DNA from: Sphaerodactylus townsendi
Taxonomy: Eukaryota
Assembly (NCBI RefSeq): GCF_021028975.2
Contig: NC_059433.1
Coordinates: 93,207,162 to 93,250,000 of the forward strand
Direction of reading: 5' to 3'
DNA length: 42,839 bases
The position numbers and the translations under genes were made by a program. The notes beneath the pieces were generated by a model. The model saw nothing but the letters and a program-made list of their open reading frames with translations. It was not told where the DNA came from and searched no databases. Shown here piece by piece: positions 1 through 12,828 of this stretch (position 1 is its first letter; each line of letters opens with the position of its first letter).

Positions 1-869
1 TATTCATAAATGACCTGGAAGTAGGGGTGGGTAGTGTGGTGGCCAAGTTTGCAGATGATACCAAATTATGTAGGGTGGTGAGAACCACAAAGGATTGCGA
101 AGAGCTCCAAGCGGACCTTGATAAATTAGGTGAGTGGGCCCTGAAATGGCAAATGCAGTTCAATGTAGCAAAATGTAAAGTGATGCACATAGGGGCAAAA
201 AAATCCAAACTTCACATACACACTACAGGGGTCAGTGCTATCAGTCACAGACCAGGAAAGGGATTTAGGCGTCTTAGTTGATAGTTCCATGGGAATGTCA
301 ACTCAATGCATGGCAGCTGTAAAAAAGGCAAACTCTATGCTGGGGATCATTAGAAAAGAATAAAAGAATAAAAGTGCAAAGATTTCATGCCCTTATATAA
401 AGCAGTGGTGCGACCGCACTTGGAGTACTGTGTCCAGTTCTGGTCGCCGCATCTCAAAAAGGATATTGAGGAGATAGAAAAAGTTCAGAGAAGGGCAACA
501 AGGATGATTGAGGGACTGGAGCACCTTCCCTATGAGGAGAGGCTGCAGCATTTGGGACTCTTTAGTTTGGAGAGGAGGCGGCTGAGGGGGGATATGATTG
601 AAGTCTACAAAATTATGCATGGGGTAGAAAATGTTGACAGAGAGAAATTTTTCTCTCTTTCTCACAATACTAGAACCAGGGGGCATTCATTGAAAATGCT
701 GGGGGGAAGTATTAGGACTAATAAAAGGAAACACTTCTTCACGCAACGTGTGATTGGTGTTTGGAATATGCTGCCACAGGAGGTGGTGATGGCCACTAAC
801 CTGGATAGCTTTAAAAGGGGCTTGGACAGATTTATGGAGGAGAAGTCGATTTATGGCTACCAATCTTGA
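1..869 (+). pseudogene. Disrupted CR1 ORF2 reverse transcriptase
   Basis: +1 frameshift in the A-run near 197-203, in-frame TAA at 361-363, compensating -1 near 385; ORFs 27..281 and 387..869 are pieces of one protein. Confidence 0.9.
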
Positions 870-1056
870 TCCTCCTTGATCTGAGATTGCAAATGCCTTA
901 ACAGACCAGGTGATCGGGAGCAACAGCCGCAGAAGGCCATTGCGTTCACATCCTACATGTGAGCTCCCAAAGGCACCTGGTGGGCCACTGCGAGTAGCAG
1001 AGAGCTGGACTAGATGGACTTTGGTCTGATCCAGCTGGCTTGTTCTTATGTTCTTA
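1..1056 (+). mobile_element. CR1 LINE, 3' part (ORF2 C-terminus, 3' UTR, microsatellite tail); runs off window start
   Basis: FINDL..KFADDTKL RT motif and VRPHLEYCVQFWSP / RRRLRGDMIEVYK / FFTQRVIGVWNMLP CR1 C-terminal motifs; 3' UTR ends TTCTTATGTTCTTA. Confidence 0.95.
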
Positions 1057-1154
1057 AACTACATTTGAGAAAATGAATAAAAATATTATTAAAAAACAAT
1101 TGTAGGAAATTTTAAAATTAGAATCGCACTTATTTGTTTACCATATATTTTCAG

Positions 1155-1190
1155 AATTCTGACTTGCTTCAAGCCTATGAGGATTGCGAA
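1155..1190 (+). CDS. Candidate 36-nt internal exon of an unidentified host gene (NSDLLQAYEDCE if phase 0)
   Basis: T-rich tract ending TTTTCAG, 36 nt open frame, then GTAAGT; protein not recognised. Confidence 0.4.
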
Positions 1191-1247
1191 GTAAGTTTAT
1201 ATACAGAAACTTGCTGCTTGAAGGGCACTTTAAGTACTGTTTTCTTT

Positions 1248-1452
1248 GGCCCATTCTACACAGCACAAATAAGACATCCTGAGGATGCAAAAAAAGGCAT
1301 CTTGGGGTGGAGCTTTGCTCCACCCCCAAGACATCCTCAGGACGTCTTATTTCAGCCCACCTCATCATATTTTGAAGACGCTAAAAGATGGACTCCCCCC
1401 TCCCCCCCGCAAATTGTCTGTAAAACATCTCCTGCCCGGCTGTGCAAAGCTC
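1248..1452. mobile_element. Degenerate Harbinger-type MITE with internal hairpin
   Basis: Starts GGCCCATTCTACACAGC like other copies; hairpin AAATAAGACATCCTGAGGATG..CATCCTCAGGACGTCTTATTT (about 1267-1352); right TIR degraded. Confidence 0.5.
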
Positions 1453-1673
1453 AGGAGGTGTCTTATTTTTCCCACCTGACAGTTAAGCTCTCTAGTCAGT
1501 TTCCTCCTCAGCTTGTGCCCGACATTTTGTGTGCTGGTGAAGGGATTCTCTCTGCCTCCATTTGCTAAAGGTTGTCCCAGGATGTTTGCTCTGCAGGCTC
1601 CGATCCTGGGCACTTTTAACTCCAAATAGTACAGTGTTGTACTCAGCTGGTCCTGCTGATTTTGACAATGTAT

Positions 1674-1860
1674 CATTTTATTTATTTATTTATTTATTCA
1701 CTTATTTATTTATTGTTTAGATTTATATATCACCCTCCCTCGAGGGGCTCAGGCCAGTTTACATCAGTTCAAAACAACTCCTAAAAACTGCTAAAACCGA
1801 TCCACCCCCATAAAGTTAAAAGAATTATATTTAATATTACAGATGGCACAGAATTGGATC
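1674..1860 (-). mobile_element. L2 LINE 3' end fragment
   Basis: (ATTT)n tail then CCCTCCCTCGAGGGGCTCAGG and ACAGATGGC, matching the L2 3' end at 28163-28330. Confidence 0.65.
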
Positions 1861-4547
1861 TCTCTTCCCTGTTTTTTAAATTTTTCAATGAGGTGTCTGC
1901 AAAGTACCGCAGACATGGAGGACTGGTCTACTGCCCATTGAAAAGTGTTGAGACAGTGGAGAACTACTACCCATTGAGAAGCACTGGGTAGACTCTTTTT
2001 TCATCATTGTGACCTCAGGATCCATTCTGGCATGGGGGTGGGGGTCTAACAAGGGGAGACAATCTCTTTAATCTAGGGTGCAAGTGACGTGGTTTTCTTT
2101 TCTGTTAATAGTTCCTTGTTTAATGAGAATGGACTCAGAACTTGCATTGAATGGCTGAAGCCTATTTATTTACAGTTCTTAACTGCTGTTTACAGTGTTT
2201 AGTCAACAATCATTTGATTTCAATGTGTATTTAAATTGATAGTGCCTTGACTGAGAAACCACAGTACAATATCAACTTGTGATTACAGTTTTCTGTACCT
2301 CCGCACTGTAGTGTAATTTCTGTAATGACTTAGTTGAAGTGACAGCTTTCTTTCTCCTACATGAAGTCATGGAGAGGAGTGAGGCAGTTTAAAACAATGG
2401 CCTGGATTAAAGGAACAGCATCATCTAAAACACTACAGAACTGTTGCTTTTAATGGCAGCCATATGACCCCTGTAACATTTAGAAAGCTTTGGGCCATGA
2501 TGGATTGGGAATGGAATGTCTATACGCACACATCACTTATTCTAGTATACACATTGAAACACATGGAACTGCTAACTTTTAACAGAACAAGTGATATAGT
2601 AATAGCAAGATCCACATGTCATGTGGGTAAGTTTGGACATTCAGCCTGACTTGTATTCTGCAAGCCCAAATCACTAAGCAAGCTGTTTCAGAAACTTGAG
2701 AAAGTATTAATTTTTTTAATCTGTTTATTTACAACACTGATATCTCACCTTTCTACCTCATCAGGGCCACTGGCATGGACTGATATAATAACGGAATGCG
2801 GTGAGCTATACCAGGGTGTGTGAGTAGAGGGGTTGGAGACAGGGAAGTCTTAATGGAATCTAGACACTCCCAAGGGACTGTTGGATCTTAGTTGAAATAT
2901 GTTACTAAATTATACCAATGTAATTTACAAACATAAAGGTCATGCTGAAGTAGACCTTCCAGACAGAGCAGTTCACAACAAAACACTACTACCAAGTAAA
3001 ATAAAAATGTGAAATATCCACACACAGATTTCTGCTTTGAAGCTATAAATGATGTAAATAGATTGCTGCACTGGAAATAATCAGCATTTAAGAATATGCT
3101 CTCTAGTTAATCTATACCGTACTGTTAGAAATTATTCGATCTCTGTGACATCCATGCTGGTAATGTGTTTCAGTTTTCTCCCATCACAATGAGATGCATC
3201 CCCATCATCCCCTGCCCCCCAAAGTGGATCATCTTCCTTTCATTTCATGACTGTTCCTTACAATTATGGAAATTGCTTTCCGAATGGATTTAATATGTGC
3301 ACTGAAATAAAGCATCTGCTCTGGCAGATGGGGCAAATGACATCAAGTTCAGCTGTAGATAACCCCTCAGGATCAGTATGTGAGTTTACAAAAAACAACA
3401 ACTGTAATTTTTGAGGAGGATACATTAATTTGAATGTATGTGTTTATTTTATTCCTTGAAAGCATGGTGCAGCTGTTCTTGGCACATTCTGGGAAGATTT
3501 CATACTGGTGGTCTTTAAAACTGATCAGAATTGTTATCCACAGCCCAAAGCCTTATATGACTTTCTCCCAGCTTGATGGAGATCCACAAATTCCCTTGGC
3601 AATAACAGAAAACTACTTTGAATGCTAGTGGCAAAGAGATGCCATGGTTTGCCAGTGTTGGAAAGTGGGGCGGGGGGGGGGGAGCGGGGGGCAAAGATTA
3701 GGGCTTTTTGTATTGCTTTGTAGCTGGTTCAGAGGTAAAAAGCAAACCCACAAAGTTGTAGCAGTTTTACTATTCCAAAGAGACGCTAAAAGAATCATGT
3801 TAATTGGCTGTGCAGATTTTAAAAAATGCTTCAGCAGCAGCCACCACAGCATGACTGAAGGAAAGCTGTGTGTAAGCAAGAAAATATTTTAAACAGGTTT
3901 TTTTTCATTTTAAAAAGCATCCTGATAAGTGGAACGTTAGCATCTAATGCTGAAGGGTTACTCTTGAAGTTATGCATAACCTTGCTCCCTGAGATGTTGT
4001 GATTGGCTTCCCAACTTGTGGTAACCATTTTGTGGTTGTACTCACATGTCAGAATTCCAGAGGTGCCTCTTGGATAAACAGTGTTGCTTACCATAGCTGT
4101 TGTTCATCTAGTGGTTTTCTGTACAGACACATGTGGAGCTGTGCTTGAGCAGGGCATCTGTGCTCCCTCTCCTGGGACGAAAGGCTTCATGCACTATGCA
4201 CACAGGTGAATGATGGGTTCGCTGCCCTGGCAAACACCTTTTTTCAGTCCACACTGGGAGAGTCTTTCTCTGGGGAGAGACCTTCCCAGGGAGGGGGAAA
4301 TGGAAGGCTTGATTAGTTTGACTGGCTCTTGGGGAAGACCTGGACCTTCAAAAGGGGGGGGAGTATTGTCCTGCAAGTAGCAGGGATGTGCTCTCAGTAG
4401 TGGCAGCTGGTTCTGTGTGCTTAGTCTTACATCTCTCCTTCAGGGGGGCAGGCTCCTGAAATGCTGTAGAAATGGAGGGACCTTTGTCCTTGGTCAGGAG
4501 TCCCTCTGGCTTTCTAGGTGCAGTGAAGCAGTATAGAATTGTCTTCA

Positions 4548-5010
4548 GTTTATTTATTTTTATACCCCACCCTACCCCCAAAGGGAACAGGGCGACAGTC
4601 CCAATGGAGGAACAGTCCCAATGGAGGCCTAAACACTCTATACTGGTGATCGGTGGGACAGGGGTTGCTCGAAAGGGGATGGAATCCCAAATGAGTATCA
4701 CCATGCCACCTGCTGTTTGCGTGCCTTGTATGAGAGCTTGATGCATGCCAAGCAGGAAGTCAGAATGTGGCTCTCCTCTTGGTGTGGCCACCATTTGCTG
4801 CAAGTGAAGCACCACAAGAGCGGTATTTTTAGTGGACTCCATCTTGTCTTGTTCCTAACATGAGGAGGCATACCACTAGTACATCATCATTCAGTAGCCG
4901 GAAGGAAATAAAAATAAAGAAATAAATTACACTAAGTAGAATTAGATAAAGAAAGAAAAGTAGAGAAAAACTAGCCGAAGCTGTTCACAGATCAACCTGT
5001 AGGACTCAAC
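4548..5010 (-). mobile_element. L2-derived fragment: 3' tail joined to an endonuclease piece and a possible 5' UTR
   Basis: TTTATTTA tail plus TATACCCCACCCT..CAGGGCG; minus-strand GGMVILIWDSIPFRATPVPPITSIECLGLHW resembles the APE segment at 26687-26929. Confidence 0.5.
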
Positions 5011-5038
5011 AAAGTCTCTCCGTGCATAAGCCCAGGGG

Positions 5039-5216
5039 AGGTTTGCCAACTCTAGGAAGGGAAATTTTTACAGATTTGGCAGTGGAGCCTATGGAGGGTG
5101 GAGTTTGGGATAAGAGGGATGTGATGCCATAGGATCCACTCTTCTAAGCTGCCATTTCCCTCAGGCAATTTCTCTCTGTAGTCTGGAGATTTGATATAAT
5201 TCTGGGAGGACCTCTG
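5039..5216 (+). mobile_element. Non-autonomous hAT-like element (GGGTTGCCA-type end), degenerate
   Basis: GGTTTGCCAAC start; shared core ATGCCATAG..TCCAC..TAGTCTGGA with 16219-16376 and 42476-42620. Confidence 0.6.
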
Positions 5217-5235
5217 TACTGCATCCTGTGCAAAG

Positions 5236-5280
5236 ATGTTTAGCGCCATACCCATCATGTTTAGCGCCATACCCATCATG
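5236..5280. repeat. 21-bp tandem duplication
   Basis: ATGTTTAGCGCCATACCCATC x2 plus ATG. Confidence 0.95.
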
Positions 5281-6419
5281 CCCACAAGGGCTATGGATTT
5301 TTGGCATACAGCCTAAGCTTTGAAGTACATTTCAAGCCAGTCTCTGAGCCCATGCAAAACTTCATGTAGTATAACAGGTTTATCATTGTGTCAGCTGAAT
5401 AGGATCTGGGTTTACCATCTAGTCTGAGTGTGGCCACATGTACAAGCCTTTGACACTGGCACATAAGCAAGAACCAAAATATTCTTGGTCCACAAGCAAG
5501 AAAAATTCAGAGCCTCTGGCTCTGAATAAGTACAGTGGTTTCAGGACCAGCTCAATAGTTGACTTCATATTGTTTTCCCCTTCTTTATCTAAACAGTATG
5601 TCTATTTCTTTAAGCTGTTTTGATTTCCCTTAGGGGGATAAAAGAAGGATAGAAATACCCAAATAAATAAACTCTCTGTCTCAGCAGTGCCAGATTTAAA
5701 TCAGACCTCTGTATGATTTACTAACCACTGTGCTGCACTAGAATTGCTGCAATCCAGTTTCTTTTTCAATACCTTGCAAGTTTGCATCCATCCCAGTTTT
5801 GCAATGGTGGTATGGGATTAGACTTCACAATTTTTGAAGCTCCTGCTTCATTTACTTACTGGCTGAAGGATGTTAACTTAACAAAGAGGTTACTGCCACA
5901 GGAAAAATGAGCAGTCTTTTTAGTTGTCTCTTTCTATTTTCTCCTTGCTTTTTCACCCTCTTCTTGCTTTGATATCAGACACATACACACGCACACACAT
6001 ATATATAAACACTATAGTACAGTAGGCTATCATATGGCATTGTGTCTATCCTGGGATTATTTCATTTATTATGTACTGGAGGGTGAGTGCATTAATATAA
6101 TCATGTGTCATCTCAACATTCTTCAGAAGAAAGCCTTATAGAAAGATGAAAAATATATTCACTTTTCATTTCATTATTCTGTGATGATGTTAAATGGGAA
6201 AGTTCCATATTTCTTATGGTGCTGATGTGGTACCTTTTATTGGGTATGAATCCTAATTCAGGATACAGTTCAGCAAATGTGTCATCCGCTGCACAACCTA
6301 GGTTCCATTTCAGTGGGCATCACCATGACATTAATGAAGGTATACAGGCTAAGTGCTTGGTGAATTGCACCTTGGGAACTGATTGATTCAAATGGTTCAT
6401 CTCACATTTAAATGTTCAT

Positions 6420-6621
6420 GGAGTAACATGGCTCAGTGGTAGAAAATCCCCTTGGCATGCAGAAAGTTCCAGGTCAATCTCCAGTTTCTCCAGTGAAGAA
6501 GATCACACAGTAGGGGAAAGACCTCTACCTGAGATTGTGGACAGCCACTGCTAGTCAGAGTGGACAATACTGACTTTAAAAAACCAGTGGTCTCTTAGTA
6601 TAAGGTAACTCCATGCATTCA
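6420..6621 (+). mobile_element. tRNA-derived SINE with CR1-like tail
   Basis: A box TGGCTCAGTGGT, degenerate B box, tail AGTATAAGGTAACTCCATG; homologous to 14258-14452 and 18031-18193. Confidence 0.8.
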
Positions 6622-8075
6622 ACAGTGATAAATGATGGGCGTCTCAAGTATTTGTGAAGGAATTTTAATGACACTTTGTGATAAAAAAACTCCACATAAA
6701 TTTTCACAACAGCATTTTTAAATTGCTGATTTTATTCATGGAAGAAAACTAAAGGGCCAGTTGATAATATAGCATAAATGGACTTTGTACTTAGAGTAAA
6801 ATTGTTGTTAATGAAATATTAACTACTCATTGATCTGCAGTTGTCTTACAAAACTGTTTCCTGCAGGAAACCTAATAATGAAAACTAAATTGCTTCATAT
6901 GAACCAGCTCCTCCACTTCAGATGACCAGACACTGCCTTCTGTACATCAGACTTCTTTTCTCATTTAAAACCATGATTCATTATCTTGGTTCTTATGTGT
7001 CTTAACATAATATTTTGTTAGAAGCATTTTTTAGCATGCTCAACCCATAGGGTGAAATATTGTAGAAATCTGAATAATTTATCACTTTCCAACATGGAAC
7101 AAAGACATCAGTTGGAAGACCTGTATTTGTGTCTTAGATGGTTCTTCATGTTGCTTTATGATAATACACAGAAGATACCATACTGTGTAATTGACCCTAT
7201 AAATATTCTAATTTAGGTGTGCCCAAATTCTGTTTGTGGAAAGATAACTACATCCAAACTGTTCAGCGTGATATGTGAAAGAATGTTTAATGCCCCCGAC
7301 CCCCACAGATATTGGCTCTCTTATAGTGATGACATGAGAGTATTTTGGTGTTATTGATGATCTTCAAATGACATAGTAAGTCTCAAAATGTATATATGTA
7401 TGTTTATATATATTAATTTATAATAGAAACCTAGCATGTTTTTCTTTCCTCCAAAAATGCCTAGACTGATCAAATTTGTTCATAGATTTGTTTTGTTCAT
7501 TTGGTTTGAACTACTTTAGATAAGGCTGAAAATAATACCCAACAGTTTTCGATTGATCTATATCATTGCTCTATATATGTATGTTGTGGACTTTTGTAAT
7601 CTCCATTTCAGCAAGGAAAACATTTTCAAATCAAGGAGTTTATTCCCATTCATATAAACAAACTTACTATGTCCTTGAAATCATGTTTGATATTATGTAG
7701 CTCTGAAATGGGATTCCCTTTATCATCCGTACGTCTGAGCAGGATCAAGTCAATTTTTTTAAAAAATGTAAGCATTCTCAAATAATTTTTTATCTAAATA
7801 CACAGAACATTCCACAAATTACGATGGATTTTTGTTTGTGAAAGTAGCTTTATACTGATCAGGACAAGAATGTGTCTGTACAGGATTTTTCTGGAGGACT
7901 TGATGCAGGCATGAGACAATTAATCTCCTCGTGTAAAAATTACATACGCTCAGAACAGGCCCCCCTGCTAGCATGCTACTTGAAGGGGCAGGAAGTGGAA
8001 GGAAAAGCAAAAGTCAGTGGGACAGGATGTCTAGATTTTCCATGTTTAATGGGCACATGCTTTGTTTTTGGTTAG

Positions 8076-8610
8076 TGTAACCTCCTTCTGTGGGTTCTGT
8101 GGGGCAGAACCTGGAATGAGTTGCAACAACAATTTTAAACAACAAAATGGTTTACTTTTTTTTACAATTAACACTTTTAAAACATCAACATTTAACGTTA
8201 CAATTCAAGGTCCTGTTCAGGTTGCATTTCAAGTCCTTCTATTTACAGTCTACTGATATTGCCAAGTCCAAATCTTCTTTGCAAGTTGGCTGGCTCCTGA
8301 AGACTCCAAGGGCTTGATGAACAGGTTGCAACATGATGAAGGTCTCCAGGAGAACTCTCACCCATTACAACCACAAAAGAAACCCTGAAACAATAAACTC
8401 CAACATTTACAACATAGCAAAAACAACAACTACCTTCCCAGTAGTTTCCAACAATATTGCAATTACCTTAACAAGGTGTTAAGGGCTTATAGAAATCAAG
8501 GTCTGAGTCTGGTAGCCTTGTTCTTCTGCAAAAGAGCTCTTTCAGCCTCTCTGCTGCTCCGAGTCTCCACCCCCTTACTGGGTCAACCCATTCTGGGCAT
8601 GGGGGTTACA
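8076..8610. mobile_element. Solo LTR (535 bp), Gypsy or class I ERV type
   Basis: TGTAACCTCC...GGGGGTTACA inverted termini with exact 4-bp TSD TTAG (8072-8075, 8611-8614). Confidence 0.85.
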
Positions 8611-10877
8611 TTAGCATCTCTGATATTTCTATATTGGTGTTGGCCTGGAAGATGGTATTGGGTAGGAATGGTTCCAGTTCTGACTGAGTAAGAGGCTTAT
8701 TTATCTAATGCATCAATATTAGTTGTGGATCAACTCAACCTGACGTTTCTCGAAGCTATTTTTATACAGAATCTGTAAGCATGAATCTGGCCATGATCTT
8801 CAAGAACACCATTCAGAGAGGGGTCAAGGACAGGGAACAATTCACACCAAGGCTCAATTCTCTGCTTCTAGATACATTCAAGATGAAATTGCCACTTCCC
8901 CCAGAAAAAAACCTGTCTATTATCTAGAAATTTTCAAAAACTCCCATGGAATAATCACATGTCATCTGAAACATGAAAGGAAAAACTACACAGTTCCTGA
9001 ACAAAATGGGTCCTTTGAGATAATAACTTCACTCATGCTTTCGAGCTCTTATTTTCTCCTCCCTTGCCAGCTTTTCTATTGATCTTCAGCAATATATTCT
9101 TTCCTTCTGCGGCCAATAGCTCCCCTTTCTGTTATACTGTTCAGCCTGATCCTTTTCTATTATCATTCCAAGAAGCAGTTATTCTAATTTATGAAAAGAA
9201 TTTCTGAATTCTTTCATTTAGGCTGACCTCATCATTTCCTGTTATTTCCTGACAAAAAGGTATAAAGGTTAGTTAGGAAAGATGTCTCTTTTCCACATTC
9301 ATTTGGGTTTTCTCCTGTTATCTTTCTATTGCACAGGTGTTTCTTTGTACTCTCCCTCGACAACCCCTTAGTTTGCATACTCTTGAAGAAAAATGTTGTA
9401 GTTTCCTGAAGCCAGCGAAGGTGGGAAGAACACAATGAAAGGGGGAAAAAGCTGCTAAGAAAAAAGCTTCCATGAAACGTTCCATGCTACGTATGTCTGA
9501 ATCCAAACTACTCAAGGCACAGTGATCTTCTGAAAACCATTTAAAACTGTCTGATAGCAGAAACATAGGAAATCATGTTTGGAAAAATAAAAGAATTCTC
9601 AATACTCAGCCATAGCATTAAAACATTATCAAAACTCTATTTGTCTTCTATGCTGTATAGAGGATGCCAACATTTCAAAGTGAGATGTAATTCCTACTAG
9701 CTTTTCTCCCGCAAACCCATTTCATACCGGAATAAAATTTTCATCATTGTACAAACTAGATGAACATTGCAGTACAGAACCACGTTAATCCAGCCCTTCA
9801 GCTTGCTCTGCCATGATGCTATATTTTGTAGTGTTTAGTATACTAGACAGAACAAAAATGCTCCTTGCCAGTCATTATGAGAGGTTTTTTGTGTGGTAAA
9901 AATGGGATATTTTTATCCCATTTTAGAATATTTATATGCCGTCTTTCTACTCACTAGAGCACTCAAAGTGACAATAATAACAAAAGTAATTAGAAACTTC
10001 AAAATATAAGTACATAGATCTGGATCACCGGAAATGGAGGAAATGGAGGAGGTGATATTCCTGGTTTAAGTCCTCCTACTGCCGATCCTGCCTTCATTTC
10101 ATTCCATGCTATTCCTGTGGCCGTGCAATGAATCTGCTCAGGGGGAAGACTGCATCCCTTCTCAGTCTGCACTTATGAAGTCTTAGCACAATTTACCCTG
10201 TGCTTGTTGATGATGAAAAATAAAACACAGCCAGAGGTCTAATTTCAAAAGCTCTGATTTTGTGAAAAATAATGGTTTGGATCCATTTCTTAGCAATGTG
10301 CCAGTTCTGAACACTGAGGAAAAAAATGTGCTAAATCAACCAAAAAAAAAAAACCCAACGAGACACCAGTTATGAAGTAAAGCCTTGAGGAAGTCACTGA
10401 CTTGTAGTCTAACCTGCTGTACAGAGATATTGTGAAGTAAAATTAGATAGTTACTTAGATGTTTGCCTGAGGTCTATGGAATAACGGGGTTGGGTGTTGA
10501 CACATTTTTTTTGCCCATTTCTCCTATTGTCACAAACTGTTTTAACTCAAAATATTTTATCTGATTATGGAACAAAACTGAGCTTGGTTGGCATTGTTAT
10601 GATCCTATGATCCTTGTGGCCATGTTACAGGGCTATTCTGTCCTTTCCCTGAACTCAATATAATTGACTCGAATGATTTTATAAAGTACAAAACAATTTA
10701 AAACCATTTAAATAAATGATTTTGGTAACATTATTACCAGTTATATTCAAGGGAACTAAATTGATCTAAGTGATCTCTCATTCATGTTATGAATACTGTA
10801 ACTTGATTTAATTATGGAATTCTAAACACATGTAAACATAGCTTAATGTACAATTTTAAAAAATCTTATGAACATTA

Positions 10878-11580
10878 CTAGCGGGCCCGGCCACGCGTTG
10901 CTGTGGCTGAGTCTGGTGAAGTGGACAAGAAGGGAAAGGGGAAGTGAACGGTTCGAACATGTGTCATTGCACAATGCTTGCAAGGGAGGGGAGGGGCAAG
11001 GGGCCCCTCGCTCTGCTCTCTGTCTCCCGTTCCCTTGCATGGTAACCCGTCCCGTCCCTCCCTAACGTTCCCCTTCCTCTGCTAGGGTGGGTGGGCCATG
11101 TGCAGGTGGGTGGCCCTGTCCCTTTCACTCCCTTCCCTTGCAGGTGAATTACGTAAATGAAAACACTCTGGGAGGCATGAGCTACATTGTGTTCAAATTT
11201 CAGAGCATTTGGTTCAGCAAACCCCCGGACCCTCCCTCACTTTGCCCTTCCTCCACTAGGGTGGGTGGGCCATGTCTTTCACTCCAGATGGCAGCGGTTT
11301 TCAAGGAAGGCATGGTTGTTTACTTTGTATCAGAGGTGCTGATGGCCAGCAGATGGTGCTGTTGCAGAACAGAACTGTGGTTCCAACTGTCAGAGGTGTG
11401 GCATGTACAAAATAACTGGCACAGTTGTGACATGTACACAACAGGAGGTGTAGAAACAGTATGGAAACCTGGCCGCACACAAATGCGACGTTGTGTGAAA
11501 ATTTCAAAGCAATCAGTCCAGTAGTTTGGGAGATTACCTGTCAGCAGAAAAACACACTGATAGATTTTTATATATATAGA
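10878..11580 (-). mobile_element. Non-autonomous Helitron (703 bp)
   Basis: Minus strand A|TCTATATATAT...GCCACAGCAACGCGTGGC hairpin (10890-10907)...CTAG|T; no TSD; internal direct repeats 11071-11101 / 11245-11275. Confidence 0.9.
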
Positions 11581-12828
11581 TTTAAGTAATTAAAAAGCCT
11601 GTATTAAGTATGTGATTGATGCATGCACCAATTAACAGAAAAATAATGCAACATGTTAATATTCATTTATTAACTTTAATGTGCATTCTACAAAACAGTA
11701 GGATGTATCTGTAATTAAAGCTAATATAGGATTTAATAGAGAATGGATAAACATTTGGTTTCAAAGTAAAACTGTCACAAGTCGTTCCTAGTGCTGTATC
11801 TGAAGAATGAAAGGGAACCTAACCCATTGTAACAGTTCATTATATGTATTTAAAATGGTACATCTTAAGAAAAAGATGTTCTGAAACAGCTCAGACCAAT
11901 AAAATGTGAGGGTCCTTTGCTCCTGACTTTAACATAAGAATTCAACACACATTATGCAACTTGGAATCTCACAAAGAAAGCACTGAAGCAAATCATTAAA
12001 CAAGATTTGATCTCTCTTTTTATGACTGTAAAAGAGCATAGCTGATCACTGATAACAGTTTAAGGAGAGGTGAGGAGATGGGCAGTATAAAAGAGACTGA
12101 AAAGAGCATTGTTAATTTTGTATTCCCAACCTCTGCTAGGGTAGGTGAGTTCAAAGAAATGTCTGGGTAACCACAGAATGAAGGGCATTCTTGTCAGTGT
12201 ATCAAATTTGTATTTATGACATAAAGGAAATGGGCGGAATGACTAATTCTTTAAATCCAGTGGTTACAGCAGTTCAGTTCTTTCAGCGGGGACTTCTTAT
12301 CTTAAGTTTTGACAATCTCTGTGTGGCAGAAGGCTTTAAGATGGCTCAATTTGAATTGAATCTATGCCTTTTTCATTTGAAGTAAAAACCCTATAAACTT
12401 TGGAGTGATATGTGTTGGTCTTTGTGTATACTGAGTGGTTCACATGGATGTAAACGAGCAGGCATGTATCTAGGGTGGGACATGCTAGGGCGCTTGTCCT
12501 GGGCACCACTCAACTGGGGGGGTACCCTGGCCTCCCCTTTCCAAGGTCACCAAGGAAGGAAGAAGGCTAGGGCCACCAGAATGACCAGATCTCACCTGGC
12601 CTCACTGCCAGTGCCAGCCACCACCCCTCCTCCTTCTGTTCCTTCGGACTGCACCCATCCAGCCTTTTCCTCATATGATGAATAGGTCACTAGGACAAAT
12701 GAATTTGCAGAATTGGGAGAAAAATATCACACATTATGTAGATAAAATATAACATATTCCTGTGTAATTTATCTGCGCATGGTCCATGGTTCAGCAATTA
12801 GGAAATGATACTCATGCGAAAGAGCCCA

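Noticed and set aside
6420-6490. tRNA gene
   Set aside because: No intact cloverleaf; continues into a SINE body
8900-8995. Strong minus-strand splice acceptor near 8965
   Set aside because: All three downstream frames hit stops quickly and no good donor follows
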